A DNA stretch of 64,000 nt from Cytophagales bacterium (lineage in GTDB: Bacteria; Bacteroidota; Bacteroidia; Cytophagales; Microscillaceae): the NCBI GenBank assembly GCA_031425615.1, contig JANPJR010000030.1, forward strand, positions 146,492-210,491. Direction: 5' to 3'. The notes beneath the pieces are model-generated. The model ran no database searches. It was not told the origin of the DNA and worked only from the letters and a program-made list of their open reading frames with translations. A program made the translations under genes and the position numbers. Positions 28,312-37,663 of this stretch are shown here, piece after piece (position 1 is the stretch's first letter; every line of letters starts with the position of its first letter).

Positions 28312-28977
28312 TTAAATATAATATTTAAACAACATATCAAGTCTATCTTTTTCCAATGCTTGTTGTGCTTCATCATCTTGGTATTTGCCAATGATTTGAT
28401 AGTTGTGTCGTTCAAAAGTTTGGACAATGCGTGAAAGATTTGTCGTATTGATTTTGATGGTAACTTTTATTTGTTGTGTATTTACTTTGTCGTCAGTAAT
28501 GTGCATATTAAGAATTTTTGCATCATTTTCTTCTACATAGCGACTTATTTCGGTGAGCGAATAATCTCTTTTACGCATCAAAAACTCCAACACACCGCCA
28601 GGTTCTTGTATACTGCTTGATTCAGATATAACTTTGATAGCGTCATTGAGCGTAACCACGCCCAAAAAATGGTCTTGTTCGTCCAATACTGCCAAAACTT
28701 GGATATTTTGTTGTTTGGAAAGTTTCAATATTTCAAAAAAATATTGATGTGTGTGCACAAAAGTATCTTCATAAAGAATTTCTAATGTATCAACGCTTGC
28801 ATTTTCGTCGTTGCAATCATACAAAGCACTTTCCAATATAAGCCCTTTGTACTGCAAATCTGCTACAAGAGGCAATTGGCTTACACGAAATTCCTCCATC
28901 CATTGGATTGCTTTTTTTACCGTGTCGGTAGGTTTCAAAGGCGGAATAACCTGATTAATAAGTTCAATGGCTATCAT
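28312..28977 (-). CDS. CBS-domain pair protein
   Basis: Two CBS-like modules (..VSQLPLVAD.., ..LGVVTLNDAIKVI..). Confidence 0.75.
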   Translation of the reverse strand: MIAIELINQVIPPLKPTDTVKKAIQWMEEFRVSQLPLVADLQYKGLILESALYDCNDENASVDTLEILYEDTFVHTHQYFFEILKLSKQQNIQVLAVLDEQDHFLGVVTLNDAIKVISESSSIQEPGGVLEFLMRKRDYSLTEISRYVEENDAKILNMHITDDKVNTQQIKVTIKINTTNLSRIVQTFERHNYQIIGKYQDDEAQQALEKDRLDMLFKYYI

Positions 28978-29012
28978 AATGGTATGGAGAAAGAGGTGAA
29001 TGAAATTGATGC

Positions 29013-29059
29013 GAGTTGTCAGTATTTAAGTTATTAATTGTCAGTATTTAGATTATTAG
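29013..29059 (-). repeat. ACTGACAA motif array, inverted orientation
   Basis: gagttgtcagtatttaagttattaattgtcagtatttagattattag, upstream of the CBS gene start. Confidence 0.5.
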
Positions 29060-29108
29060 TTTTTGTAAATTTTGGTTTAACTTGTGTTTTGAACATATTT
29101 TTATTTTT

Positions 29109-29197
29109 AAAACTGAACCAACTGATTACTAAAAAAATTAATTACTGAACTAATTAATTACTGAACTAACTGATTACTGAAAAAACTGGCAACTTGT
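29109..29197 (+). repeat. (AATTA)CTGAAC(TAA) degenerate tandem array (~9 units)
   Basis: aaactgaaccaactgattactaaaaaaattaattactgaactaattaattactgaactaactgattactgaaaaaactggcaacttg. Confidence 0.7.
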
Positions 29198-29267
29198 ATT
29201 GTTGGATTAAAACCTTAAATTTTCATAATTTGTTACAAATTCATTACAAATTTGGTGTTTTTTTTTG

Positions 29268-30026
29268 CTAATTTCTTGTTAAGAAGTCTTGCACAAGTGC
29301 ATTAAATCTTTCAGAGTGTTCCATCATGGGTGCGTGGCAACATTTATCAATAAAATGCAATTCAGAATTTGGCAAAAGTCTATTAAATTCGTACCCAACA
29401 TGAGGAGGCGTAATCGTATCATTAAGTCCCCAAATAAGCAATGCAGGTATCTGAATTTGGTGTAATTGACTTGCGAGGTTGTGCCTTTGAGCAGATTTGG
29501 CTACTGCTACTATGCTTAGACATTTGGGTATGCTACGTGTGGTTTCAAAAACTTCATCTACAAGGTCTTTGCTGGCTACCGCAGGGTCATAAAATGTATA
29601 TTCTACCTTTTCTTTGATAAATTCGTATTTGCCACGTTTTGGATATGAGCCACCCATAGAATTTTCAAATAACCCTGAACTACCTGTCAAAACAATCCTT
29701 TTGACATTTTCGGGTTTGAGCAATGTATAAGCAAGCGCAAGATGACCGCCCAAAGAGTTGCCTAAAAGCGTAAGGTCTTTGAGTTGTTTCATTTCTACAA
29801 ATTTTGCAATAAATTCAGTAAGCGATTTAATGCCTGCTGTAAGTAGTGGCAATTCATAAATAGGTAATATTGGAATTACTACACGATATTTTTTAGAATA
29901 GTATTCCAAGACATCTTCCCAGTTGCTCAACGCCCCAAAAAGCCCATGCAAAAGCAAAAGTGTATCGCCTTCACCCTTTTCTATATATTTGAATCCTTTT
30001 TCTTGGATTAATTCTACTGTTGTCAT
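29268..30026 (-). CDS. Alpha/beta-fold hydrolase
   Basis: HGLFG oxyanion region. GNSLGG nucleophile elbow (GxSxG). A C-terminal His is present. Confidence 0.85.
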   Translation of the reverse strand: MTTVELIQEKGFKYIEKGEGDTLLLLHGLFGALSNWEDVLEYYSKKYRVVIPILPIYELPLLTAGIKSLTEFIAKFVEMKQLKDLTLLGNSLGGHLALAYTLLKPENVKRIVLTGSSGLFENSMGGSYPKRGKYEFIKEKVEYTFYDPAVASKDLVDEVFETTRSIPKCLSIVAVAKSAQRHNLASQLHQIQIPALLIWGLNDTITPPHVGYEFNRLLPNSELHFIDKCCHAPMMEHSERFNALVQDFLTRN

Positions 30027-30028
30027 AA

Positions 30029-30066
30029 AAAATTATGGGTTATAAATTATAGATTATAAACTATTA
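30029..30066 (+). repeat. ATTATGGGTTATAAATTATAGATTATAAA motif array
   Basis: Immediately upstream of the hydrolase start codon. Confidence 0.55.
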
Positions 30067-30300
30067 GAGGCTATCATACTCTGATAATTTTAGCATTACT
30101 AAACCTATAATGTTTTTTAAAACCTTATAAGTTTTGAAACACTTATTTTAAATAATATGTTAAATTATAATTTAATTTTAAAAAAAACACTTAAAGATTA
30201 AAAAATAAATAAATTTTATATTTTTTTGTAACAAAAATATTGAAATAAAAACCTCCAATAAAATTGTCAGCGTACCAAGTCTATTAAATCAGAATTTTTT

Positions 30301-30355
30301 TGAATTTTGAACCTTGAACCTTTTGAACCTTGAACCTTTTGAACTTTGAACCTTA
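30301..30355 (+). repeat. TTGAACCTT-family tandem array (6 units) immediately 3' of cvpA
   Basis: tgaattttgaaccttgaaccttttgaaccttgaaccttttgaactttgaacctta. Confidence 0.8.
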
Positions 30356-30871
30356 ATCTATAAAATCTCGTATCATTTTGGATAATTCGTCTTCATCTTT
30401 TACACCTGTGAGAATGTATGCTACTGTTTCTACTAATTTATACATAAAAGATTTTTTTTGTAACTCATTATGAAATTCACCAAGCCCAGTCATAAACCAA
30501 AATATAAAACTCAATACCACAATATTACGCAAAATACCAAAAAATGCGCCTAAATAGTTGTCCCATTGTCCAGGAAATTCATAATCTATTTCAGATTTTA
30601 GATATTGCCCTAATGTATGGACAAGTTGCACAGCGGTAAGCACTGACACCGCAAAAACAAGTTCAGGATAGATGGTTTGATTAAATTTGAACATGTGCGT
30701 TGACATTAGATTGAACAATACTGAACAAAGTTTGAAGCACACCAAAAATGACAACACAAAATGCAAAAGCTTGACAACTTCTTGCAAAATGCCTTCTCTA
30801 TACCCAATATATGCACCCCAACCAATCGTGGAGGCTATCAATAAATCCAATACAATGCCTGGTATGTTCAA
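30353..30871 (-). CDS. cvpA: CvpA-family membrane protein (colicin V production protein-like)
   Basis: Four-TM CvpA architecture. The start codon is apparently TTG and overlaps an inverted TTGAACCTT-family array. Confidence 0.8.
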   Translation of the reverse strand: MNIPGIVLDLLIASTIGWGAYIGYREGILQEVVKLLHFVLSFLVCFKLCSVLFNLMSTHMFKFNQTIYPELVFAVSVLTAVQLVHTLGQYLKSEIDYEFPGQWDNYLGAFFGILRNIVVLSFIFWFMTGLGEFHNELQKKSFMYKLVETVAYILTGVKDEDELSKMIRDFID

Positions 30872-30906
30872 AGTTTAAGGTTCAAAAAGTTTAAGGTTTA
30901 AAAAAA
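30866..30906 (-). repeat. TTGAACCTT-family array in inverted orientation (aaagtttaaggttcaaaaagtttaaggtttaaa), overlapping the cvpA start
   Basis: Seen directly. In cvpA orientation it reads TTTAAACCTTAAACTTTTTGAACCTTAAACTTTGAAC-AT. Confidence 0.7.
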
Positions 30907-31206
30907 TAATTTCCTACAATGGCAATTTTTATCAAAATCTTCATCAAATTCTTTTTTAATAATTTTATACGTTGATTTTTCAAAAACAACTTCCCAATAA
31001 GAAGGATGTAAAAAAATTGCATTGCTTACTTGTTTTTTTTTTCCTAATGAATCAGTTTTTGTCTTGTATCAAGTATTTGTTCTTGATTTAGTATTTTTTT
31101 TGCTATTTCGCCATCAATGGCATAGGGATTTTTAAAATTTGCTAAGGAATTTACCATATTTTCTATTTTTTTGAAAAATATATAAAATAAATGTATTTTT
31201 AAATTC

Positions 31207-31254
31207 AAAAGTTTAAGATTTAAAAACTTTGAACCTTAAACTTTGAACCTTAAA
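31207..31254. repeat. TTGAACCTT-family array with mixed orientation, abutting the GatB/YqeY gene stop
   Basis: aaagtttaagatttaaaaactttgaaccttaaactttgaaccttaaacgg. Confidence 0.7.
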
Positions 31255-31260
31255 CGGATA

Positions 31261-31713
31261 CTACACCAAAAGTGATTTTACAATTTGAGAGATAAGTTTT
31301 CCCTCAGTCAATCCTGCCAATTCTTTGGTTGCTACACCCATGACTTTGCCCATATCAGATGGAACAGATGCACCTATACGTGTGATAATTTCTTTGATTT
31401 TTTCGGTAACTTCTGCTTCAGAAAGTTGTTTTGGCAAAAACTCTTCGATTACTGCTACTTCTCCATTTTCTTTGTCAGCCAAATCTGCACGATTTTGTGC
31501 AGCAAATATTTCTGCAGATTCCTTGCGTTGTTTGAGTGCTTTGCTTAGGATTTGTGTTTCTTCGGTAGTTGATAATTCAGGGCTTGTGCGTCCTGGTTTG
31601 GTTTCTTCAAGCAAAATTTGAGATTTGATGGCTCTCAATGTCAAAAGGCGTGCTTGTTGGCGTGCTAAGGTTGCTTTTTTGATTTCGTCTTCTATAATGG
31701 TTTTGAGTGACAT
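31261..31713 (-). CDS. GatB/YqeY domain-containing protein
   Basis: MSLKTIIEDEIKKATLARQQARLLTLRAIKSQILL...KVMGVATKELAGLTEGKLISQIVKSLL is the conserved YqeY pattern. Confidence 0.9.
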   Translation of the reverse strand: MSLKTIIEDEIKKATLARQQARLLTLRAIKSQILLEETKPGRTSPELSTTEETQILSKALKQRKESAEIFAAQNRADLADKENGEVAVIEEFLPKQLSEAEVTEKIKEIITRIGASVPSDMGKVMGVATKELAGLTEGKLISQIVKSLLV

Positions 31714-31917
31714 GGTTTGATGTTTTTGGTTTAATATTTTTGTATAATTCTTTTTTCTAAGTGCAAAGATTATGCAAGATTAAAAATTAGAATATATTTA
31801 ATTTGCTTTTATTATTTTTGATTATAATCGTGATTGAATTTTCCAAAAGTTTAAAATTTTTGGGAGGTTAGCCTTAAACTAATATTTTGAATATAGACCA
31901 AATAAATATGAAAAAAT

Positions 31918-31948
31918 AAATCCATAATTACAAATCCATAATTTCATT
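31918..31948 (-). repeat. ATTATGGATT motif array, inverted (aaatccataattacaaatccataatttc) immediately 3' of ridA
   Basis: Seen directly. Confidence 0.55.
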
Positions 31949-32322
31949 TACCCTACTGCAATGCACGAAATTTCTACATTTACATTGCGTGGTAGTTGGC
32001 TTACTTCTATGGTTTCACGTGCAGGTGGATTTTGGGTAAAATATTCGCCATAAATGGCATTAACTTTGGCAAAATCACTCATATTTTTTAAAAAAATACT
32101 ACATTTTACCACATTATCCAATGTCATAGATGCCTGCTCTAAAATACCTTTGATATTTTGAAGTATTGTTTGTGTTTCGGTTTCTATGTCTTGTGTGTGT
32201 AGATTTCCCTCTGCATCAAGAGCGATTTGTCCTGATACATACACTGTATTGCCTGCTTGTACTGCTTGGCTGTATGCACCTATTGGTTTGGCAGTTTTTT
32301 CAGAAAAAATGATTTTTTTCAT
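31948..32322 (-). CDS. ridA: RidA/YjgF-family reactive-intermediate deaminase
   Basis: AKPIGAYSQAV...VYVSGQIALD...ARETIEVSQLPRNVNVEIS are canonical RidA motifs. Confidence 0.92.
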   Translation of the reverse strand: MKKIIFSEKTAKPIGAYSQAVQAGNTVYVSGQIALDAEGNLHTQDIETETQTILQNIKGILEQASMTLDNVVKCSIFLKNMSDFAKVNAIYGEYFTQNPPARETIEVSQLPRNVNVEISCIAVG

Positions 32323-32633
32323 GCTTTAAAAAAATAAGTTAAAAATTTTTGGTGTTTGTGTATTTGTATAAGTTTGTAAATTTGCGAATTTTTATGCAAT
32401 TTTTTTTTGTTTTCTATTTTTTTTATTTCTTTTGAAAAAAAACACTAAAAATTCGCAAAAAATAGGTTTAAAAAAGGATAAAATTAAAAAACTAATAACT
32501 TTAATCCAAAGGTATTTTGTTTTTTTTCAAAAAAAAATTATTTTTACCAAAGAAAACCAAAAAATACGAATTAAAAAATTAAAAATACGAAAAAACGATA
32601 CAAAAAAATAATACTTTCCTTCGCAACAAAAAT

Positions 32634-33716
32634 ATGGAACACAAAAGTTACAACCAAAAAAACTTACAAAAACCTTCATTTTTTCAAAAAATTCTTGGAC
32701 AAAAAATCAAAGACAACGCCATCATAGAAGTAAATAATTTGCTGGCAGAAAAGGATTTGAAACAAATTCAAATAGATGATATACACAAAATAGAACTTGC
32801 TTATGGTGTGAGTTTTGCTGTGGATTTTGAAAATGAATTGCAAGATTTTTATAAATCTTATCTCAAAAGTTGTTTGGAAGATAAATTCATTTCTGATAGC
32901 GAACTCCAAGACTTACGAGACCTCAAAAGAATTTTGGGCTTGAATGACCGACAAATAACCCTTATTCACAAAGAACTCGCTGGACAAATATACAAAAGCG
33001 AAGTGGAAAAAGTAATCCAAGATGGCGAATTGGACGAAGATGAGAGGCTTTTTATTGAAAAACTCCAAAATGACCTCAAACTCCCCAATGATATTGCCAA
33101 CACCATATACAAACAAAGTGGGCAAGAACTCATACAACAATTTATGCACAACGCAATAGCTGACGCACGCCTCACGCCAGAGGAAGAAAACCAAATGAAA
33201 GCTATTGCCAAAAACCTAAATGTGGATTTGATTGAGGACGAAAATACAAAATCTGACCTCGAAAAATATAAACTTTATTGGAGAATTGAAAACGAAGAAA
33301 TCACAGAAATTCCAAACGATTTGGGATTACCAAAAAATGAAAAATGCTACTTTGCCACAGATGCTGATTGGTACGAAAAATTATTGAAACCAAATAAAGC
33401 CAATAACAATGAACAATTACGCCTCAAAATCGCAAAAGGTATTTATTGGCGAAAAATGGGCGAAAACCAAAAAGACCTCGCAGATTGGACTGTAGTGGAT
33501 TCGGGCAGGTTGTACCTTACCAATAAGCGTATTATTTTTAAAGGAAAAACAAGTGAAAGAATTACCCTTTTGAACCGTATTTTGGATTTCCAGGTGTTTG
33601 ACAATGGCATAGACATAGACAAAGAAGGCGACAAAGACCCTTTTCTCAAAATTGAAAAAAGTGCGGATATTTTTGCCATGCTTTTGGGAAAAGCCATTAG
33701 TCAAATGAAAGGGTAA
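32634..33716 (+). CDS. Hypothetical protein (acidic helical N-domain plus C-terminal PH/GRAM-like beta domain)
   Basis: 360 aa. No catalytic motif. The C-terminus LYLTNKRIIFKGK... resembles bacterial PH-like folds. Confidence 0.55.
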   Translation: MEHKSYNQKNLQKPSFFQKILGQKIKDNAIIEVNNLLAEKDLKQIQIDDIHKIELAYGVSFAVDFENELQDFYKSYLKSCLEDKFISDSELQDLRDLKRILGLNDRQITLIHKELAGQIYKSEVEKVIQDGELDEDERLFIEKLQNDLKLPNDIANTIYKQSGQELIQQFMHNAIADARLTPEEENQMKAIAKNLNVDLIEDENTKSDLEKYKLYWRIENEEITEIPNDLGLPKNEKCYFATDADWYEKLLKPNKANNNEQLRLKIAKGIYWRKMGENQKDLADWTVVDSGRLYLTNKRIIFKGKTSERITLLNRILDFQVFDNGIDIDKEGDKDPFLKIEKSADIFAMLLGKAISQMKG

Positions 33717-33723
33717 TGATAAC

Positions 33724-34329
33724 TTAATCCTTTTTAATTATTTTTTTCTTTGTAGATGACGCTAATTTTAAGTCATCTATAACTTGTTGTAACGTTTCTT
33801 TTTGTAGGCTTTTGAGGGTAAAAGTTGAAAATGTAGAGACGTTATCAGGTATATGTTGCCAAATATTGTAGGTATTGATTGCAAATTGTTTGTCATTTTT
33901 TGTCCTCAAACTAAGGCTATAATAGTTGGTTGAAAAACTTTCATCTGCTTCGTTTCCATTGATTTCAAAATAATCATCAATCTGTAAAATATTGATATTG
34001 AAGGTATATTCTTTTAATTCACTAAAACCAGAAGCAGGTTTTGCCCATTCTTTGTAAATATAACAAGTTATCAAATCATCTTTTCGGAGATACATATATT
34101 TGTATCTTTGTTGGTTGTCATTAATAGCATTTTTTTCTATCAAATCAGACACCAAAAAACCTTTGATTGTTTTGGTTTTTTCATCTCTGAACGCGACAGT
34201 TTGTACTGTTTCGTAGTCCATTTTTTTGATTTTTGTTTGTTTATTTTCCGTTTTTTTGGTATTGTTGTCTTGTGCTTTTACACAAAAACACACCGCTAAA
34301 AAGAGCAAAATACTTGTTAATTTTTTCAT
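33724..34329 (-). CDS. Hypothetical secreted protein
   Basis: Signal peptide MKKLTSILLFLAVCFCVKAQ. 201 aa. Confidence 0.55.
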   Translation of the reverse strand: MKKLTSILLFLAVCFCVKAQDNNTKKTENKQTKIKKMDYETVQTVAFRDEKTKTIKGFLVSDLIEKNAINDNQQRYKYMYLRKDDLITCYIYKEWAKPASGFSELKEYTFNINILQIDDYFEINGNEADESFSTNYYSLSLRTKNDKQFAINTYNIWQHIPDNVSTFSTFTLKSLQKETLQQVIDDLKLASSTKKKIIKKD

Positions 34330-34435
34330 AGATTTTCTTGAAATATGTTACAAAGTTACCTAAGAAAAGTACAATTTTTATTTTTTTTAGATTTATAAGA
34401 TATTGTAATTGAAATAAGTGTATAAATTGAGATTC

Positions 34436-34471
34436 AACCTTTGCAAGGGTTAAAAAACCCTTGCAAAGGTT
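34436..34471. promoter_or_regulatory. Perfect 16-bp inverted repeat AACCTTTGCAAGGGTT-aaaa-AACCCTTGCAAAGGTT in a divergent promoter region. Candidate operator.
   Basis: Seen directly. Lies between divergent genes 33724-34329 (-) and 34860-36260 (+, the di-haem enzyme). Not followed by a T-run. Confidence 0.5.
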
Positions 34472-34818
34472 TCTGTTACGATTTCCTTATAAAAATACAT
34501 TTCAAAAAATATACATTTTCTTTGATTACGCTATAGTAAGTAAACGCCCATAAAATTAAGTAAATTATAACAGACAACTTCCATCAACTGTTGTAAATCT
34601 TTACATCTGTGGTAACAACGAGGTTATTTTGTTTGGGTACAACCACAATTTAATCCTTTTTCTATAAAAAATCAAATATATTTTCTACTGGCATAACTGG
34701 TTAGTTGTAGTTTTTTATTATGGAAGATTTGCAAATTTTTCACTATAAAAAATAAAATTTCCCATAAATTGTTATAAAGTAAAATCACTTTACACCTATT
34801 TTACATATAAAAAACTAC

Positions 34819-34858
34819 TGAACCTTTTGACTTTTGAACCTTAAACTTTTTGAATTTT
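34819..34858 (+). repeat. TTGAACCTT-family tandem array ending 1 bp before the di-haem enzyme ATG
   Basis: ctgaaccttttgacttttgaaccttaaactttttgaattttt. Confidence 0.75.
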
Positions 34859-34859
34859 T

Positions 34860-36260
34860 ATGAAAATCCTATTTTTAATTTCTGTTTTTTTGTTTTTGGT
34901 GGTAATTTCTTGTAAATATCAACAAGAAACCTCGCCAAATGTATATGAAGAAGGAGAAGAACTATCAGGAGGCGGGAATTTTACTACTTTTGATTTTTCA
35001 GAAAATGCTTTTGGTATTGAGGGCAAAAATTTAACACCACAACAAAGCAACGATTTTACCACAGGTAATTCTTCTTTTAGGTCAAATTGGGTTGTTGCTC
35101 CTTCTTCTGTACAAACTTTAGATGGATTGGGCGTATTGTTCAATGCAGTTTCTTGTGGAAGTTGTCATTTTAAAGATGGCAGGGCAAAACCGCCATTATC
35201 GCCCAATGAAAACCTAAATGGTTTGCTTTTTAGGCTTAGTATTGGCAATGATATACAAGGAAATCCAATTCCTGACCCAAATTATGGCACACAGTTACAA
35301 GATAAAGCTATTTTGGGTGTATTGCCCGAAGCAAAAGTAACGGTCAATTACCAAGAAATTACCCAAAATTATCCTGATGGCACGAGTTATACGCTACGCA
35401 AACCTATTTATACATTTTCACAACAAAATTATGGTAATTTTAGCCCAAATATGCTTTTTTCCCCTCGTATTGCCCAACAAATTTGCGGATTAGGTTTATT
35501 AGAAAATATCCCAGCACAAGATATTTTGGCTTTGGTTGATGAAAATGACACCAATAATGATAATATTTCAGGTAAAGCAAATATGGTGTGGGACGTGATA
35601 AACCAAAAAATAACATTAGGGCGTTTTGGCTGGAAAGCCAATGTAGCGACCCTCAAAGAACAAAATGCAGGGGCTTTTCATGGTGATATTGGCATCACAA
35701 GTAGCATTTTTCCACAAGAAAACATTACAGCAAACCAACAAAGCACGCTTGGAAACTTGCCAAATGGTGGTACGCCAGAAATAGACGATATTACACTTGA
35801 AAAAGTTTCTAATTATACCAAAATGCTATCTGTGCCTGCAAGGCGTGAGCCAAAAAATGAGGAAGTTTTGCAAGGAAAACAACTTTTTATGCAATTAAAT
35901 TGTAAATCCTGCCACAATCCAAGTTTTGTTACAGGAAACAATAGTCCAATATCTGCCCTCAATAACCAAAAAATATTCCCTTATACAGATTTATTATTGC
36001 ATGATTTGGGCGAAGATTTGGCAGACAATCGCACTGATTTTAAGGCAAATGGGCGTGAATGGCGTACGCCTCCACTTTGGGGAATAGGCATGTTGCAAAC
36101 GGTCAATAAACATACTTTTTTATTACATGATGGCAGGGCGAGAAATATAGAAGAAGCAATACTTTGGCATGGTGGAGAAGCAGAAAATCAAAAAAATGCG
36201 TTTAAAAATCTTTCAAAACAAGAAAGAAATGCAGTAATAAAGTTTTTAAATAGCTTGTAA
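34860..36260 (+). CDS. Di-haem c-type cytochrome oxidoreductase / putative peroxidase (DUF1111 family, the usual partner of imelysin)
   Basis: Lipoprotein signal. Two CxxCH haem motifs (CGSCH, CKSCH). ...GRFGWKAN... and ...TPPLWGIG... are DUF1111 hallmarks. Confidence 0.82.
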   Translation: MKILFLISVFLFLVVISCKYQQETSPNVYEEGEELSGGGNFTTFDFSENAFGIEGKNLTPQQSNDFTTGNSSFRSNWVVAPSSVQTLDGLGVLFNAVSCGSCHFKDGRAKPPLSPNENLNGLLFRLSIGNDIQGNPIPDPNYGTQLQDKAILGVLPEAKVTVNYQEITQNYPDGTSYTLRKPIYTFSQQNYGNFSPNMLFSPRIAQQICGLGLLENIPAQDILALVDENDTNNDNISGKANMVWDVINQKITLGRFGWKANVATLKEQNAGAFHGDIGITSSIFPQENITANQQSTLGNLPNGGTPEIDDITLEKVSNYTKMLSVPARREPKNEEVLQGKQLFMQLNCKSCHNPSFVTGNNSPISALNNQKIFPYTDLLLHDLGEDLADNRTDFKANGREWRTPPLWGIGMLQTVNKHTFLLHDGRARNIEEAILWHGGEAENQKNAFKNLSKQERNAVIKFLNSL

Positions 36261-36292
36261 ATTGTTTTAGCAATATTTTTATATTTTTTTAA

Positions 36293-36348
36293 ATAGCTTA
36301 CAAATTATTTTTTTTGTGAAAAATAATTTGTAAGCTATTTTTTTTCCC
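36293..36348 (+). terminator. Strong rho-independent terminator (18-bp stem agcttacaaattattttt / aaaaataatttgtaagct plus T8)
   Basis: Seen directly, downstream of the di-haem enzyme gene. Confidence 0.75.
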
Positions 36349-36527
36349 TAAAAAATGAGTAAAAACCTCTAAAAACCTTAAAAAATGCAATAAAAAGCCC
36401 TTTTTTGAAAAAAAACTTAAAATATTTATACTTTTTTTGTTTTTTTTTATAAAAATTTCGTTTTTTTGTTTTCCTTTGTTAAAGAAATTTTTTTTTACGT
36501 ATTTCTAACCCAAATTTTTTATTTATT

Positions 36528-36770
36528 ATGGCACGTTTTGACGAAGTTCGCAAGATTGTTCTCGATGCTGAAGACGATTTTGACAAATTCTACAACAAAA
36601 ATAACCAAGCTGCTGGCACAAGAGTTCGCTCTGCTATGCAAGCTATCAAAGACCTTGCACAAATTATCCGCAAAGAAGTGCAAGAAACTAAAAATGCAGA
36701 AACTGCTAAGAAAAAAGCAGAAACACCAAAAGCTGACGCTAAAAAAGATACTAAAAGCAAAAAGAAATAA
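36528..36770 (+). CDS. Histone H1-like lysine-rich DNA-binding protein
   Basis: 80 aa. N-terminal helical region, then a KKKAETPKADAKKDTKSKKK tail typical of bacterial H1-like nucleoid proteins. Chosen over two overlapping low-complexity frames. Confidence 0.6.
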   Translation: MARFDEVRKIVLDAEDDFDKFYNKNNQAAGTRVRSAMQAIKDLAQIIRKEVQETKNAETAKKKAETPKADAKKDTKSKKK

Positions 36771-37167
36771 TGATTTTTGATTTTTTGTCATCTTAAAATT
36801 GGTCTAAAAAAAAGAAAATAGATATTTTTTATCTTAATTTTTTCAACATTTTTTAATAGGAAAGGTATTTTGATAATATCTCTCCTATTTTTTTTAGTTT
36901 TTTTTCTATACATTTGCTTGAAAAATACTTCCTGAAATCACATTTTTTTATGTGCAAACTTCTATACTCAAGAAGTAATTTTATTGTTTTGTTACTCGTT
37001 TTTGCACAAAACCCATGATTTCCAACATCATTTTTACGCAATATTCTTGTATTTGTGTGTATATGGTTTTCTTTTTAGGGAATTTTTATACGTATAATTA
37101 ATTTTTTTTAAAATTTCTAAATGATAAGTTGATTTTCTACCAAATTAATCAAACCGCAAAAAAATAA

Positions 37168-37491
37168 ATGCTCCCAATTCAAATTACACCTTCAGCACAG
37201 GAAGTGATTTTACAGATAAAAACAAAAAAAAATATTACAAATGAATATGCTTTGAGAATAGGCATCAAAGGTGATGGTTGTGCAAAAGATACGCCTTTTA
37301 TGGGGTTTGATACACCAAGACCTACTGACAAGATTTTTGAAAATGTTTTTTTTAAAGAAAATACAACAGGAAATCAAACAGATATAAATATCATCATACA
37401 CCCAACCCAAATGATGTATTTATTTGGTTGGATATTAGATTATAAAAATGAAAATGACGAAAAGGGTTTTTATTTTTATAAAGAAAATTAA
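37168..37491 (+). CDS. Divergent HesB/IscA-family Fe-S cluster insertion protein-like
   Basis: ITPSAQEVILQI...ALRIGIKGDGCAKDTPFMGFD matches the A-type carrier pattern ITxxAxxxI...LRxxVxGGGCxG.... Confidence 0.45.
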   Translation: MLPIQITPSAQEVILQIKTKKNITNEYALRIGIKGDGCAKDTPFMGFDTPRPTDKIFENVFFKENTTGNQTDINIIIHPTQMMYLFGWILDYKNENDEKGFYFYKEN

Positions 37492-37530
37492 AATTTGGAT
37501 TATAGATTATGAATTATAGATTATTAAAAA
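37491..37530 (+). repeat. ATTATAGATTATGAATTATAGATTATT motif array immediately 3' of the HesB-like gene
   Basis: aaatttggattatagattatgaattatagattattaaaaa. Confidence 0.6.
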
Positions 37531-37633
37531 TTCACATTTTAGCTATTTTTTAAACTTTTTATTTAAAATATAATCTTTTTTGTATATTTGCACATTAAAA
37601 ATATTTAATCCAATCTCCAAAAATATCTAATAA

Positions 37634-37658
37634 CTCCCCCTTTGGGGGTTGGGGGGCT
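37634..37658 (-). repeat. REP-like element, inverted copy (TCCCCCTTTGGGGGTTGGGGGGCTT), about 5 bp upstream of the recG ATG
   Basis: Family consensus. The track's alternative start for recG lies inside it. Confidence 0.6.
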
Positions 37659-37663
37659 TTTTT

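Noticed and set aside
36466-36791. Two overlapping ORFs (36466-36780 +, 36519-36791 -) in the histone-like locus
   Set aside because: Both are K/F-rich translations of the same A/T-rich stretch. The 36528-36770 + frame gives a coherent H1-like protein (structured N-terminus plus KKK tail), so it was preferred.
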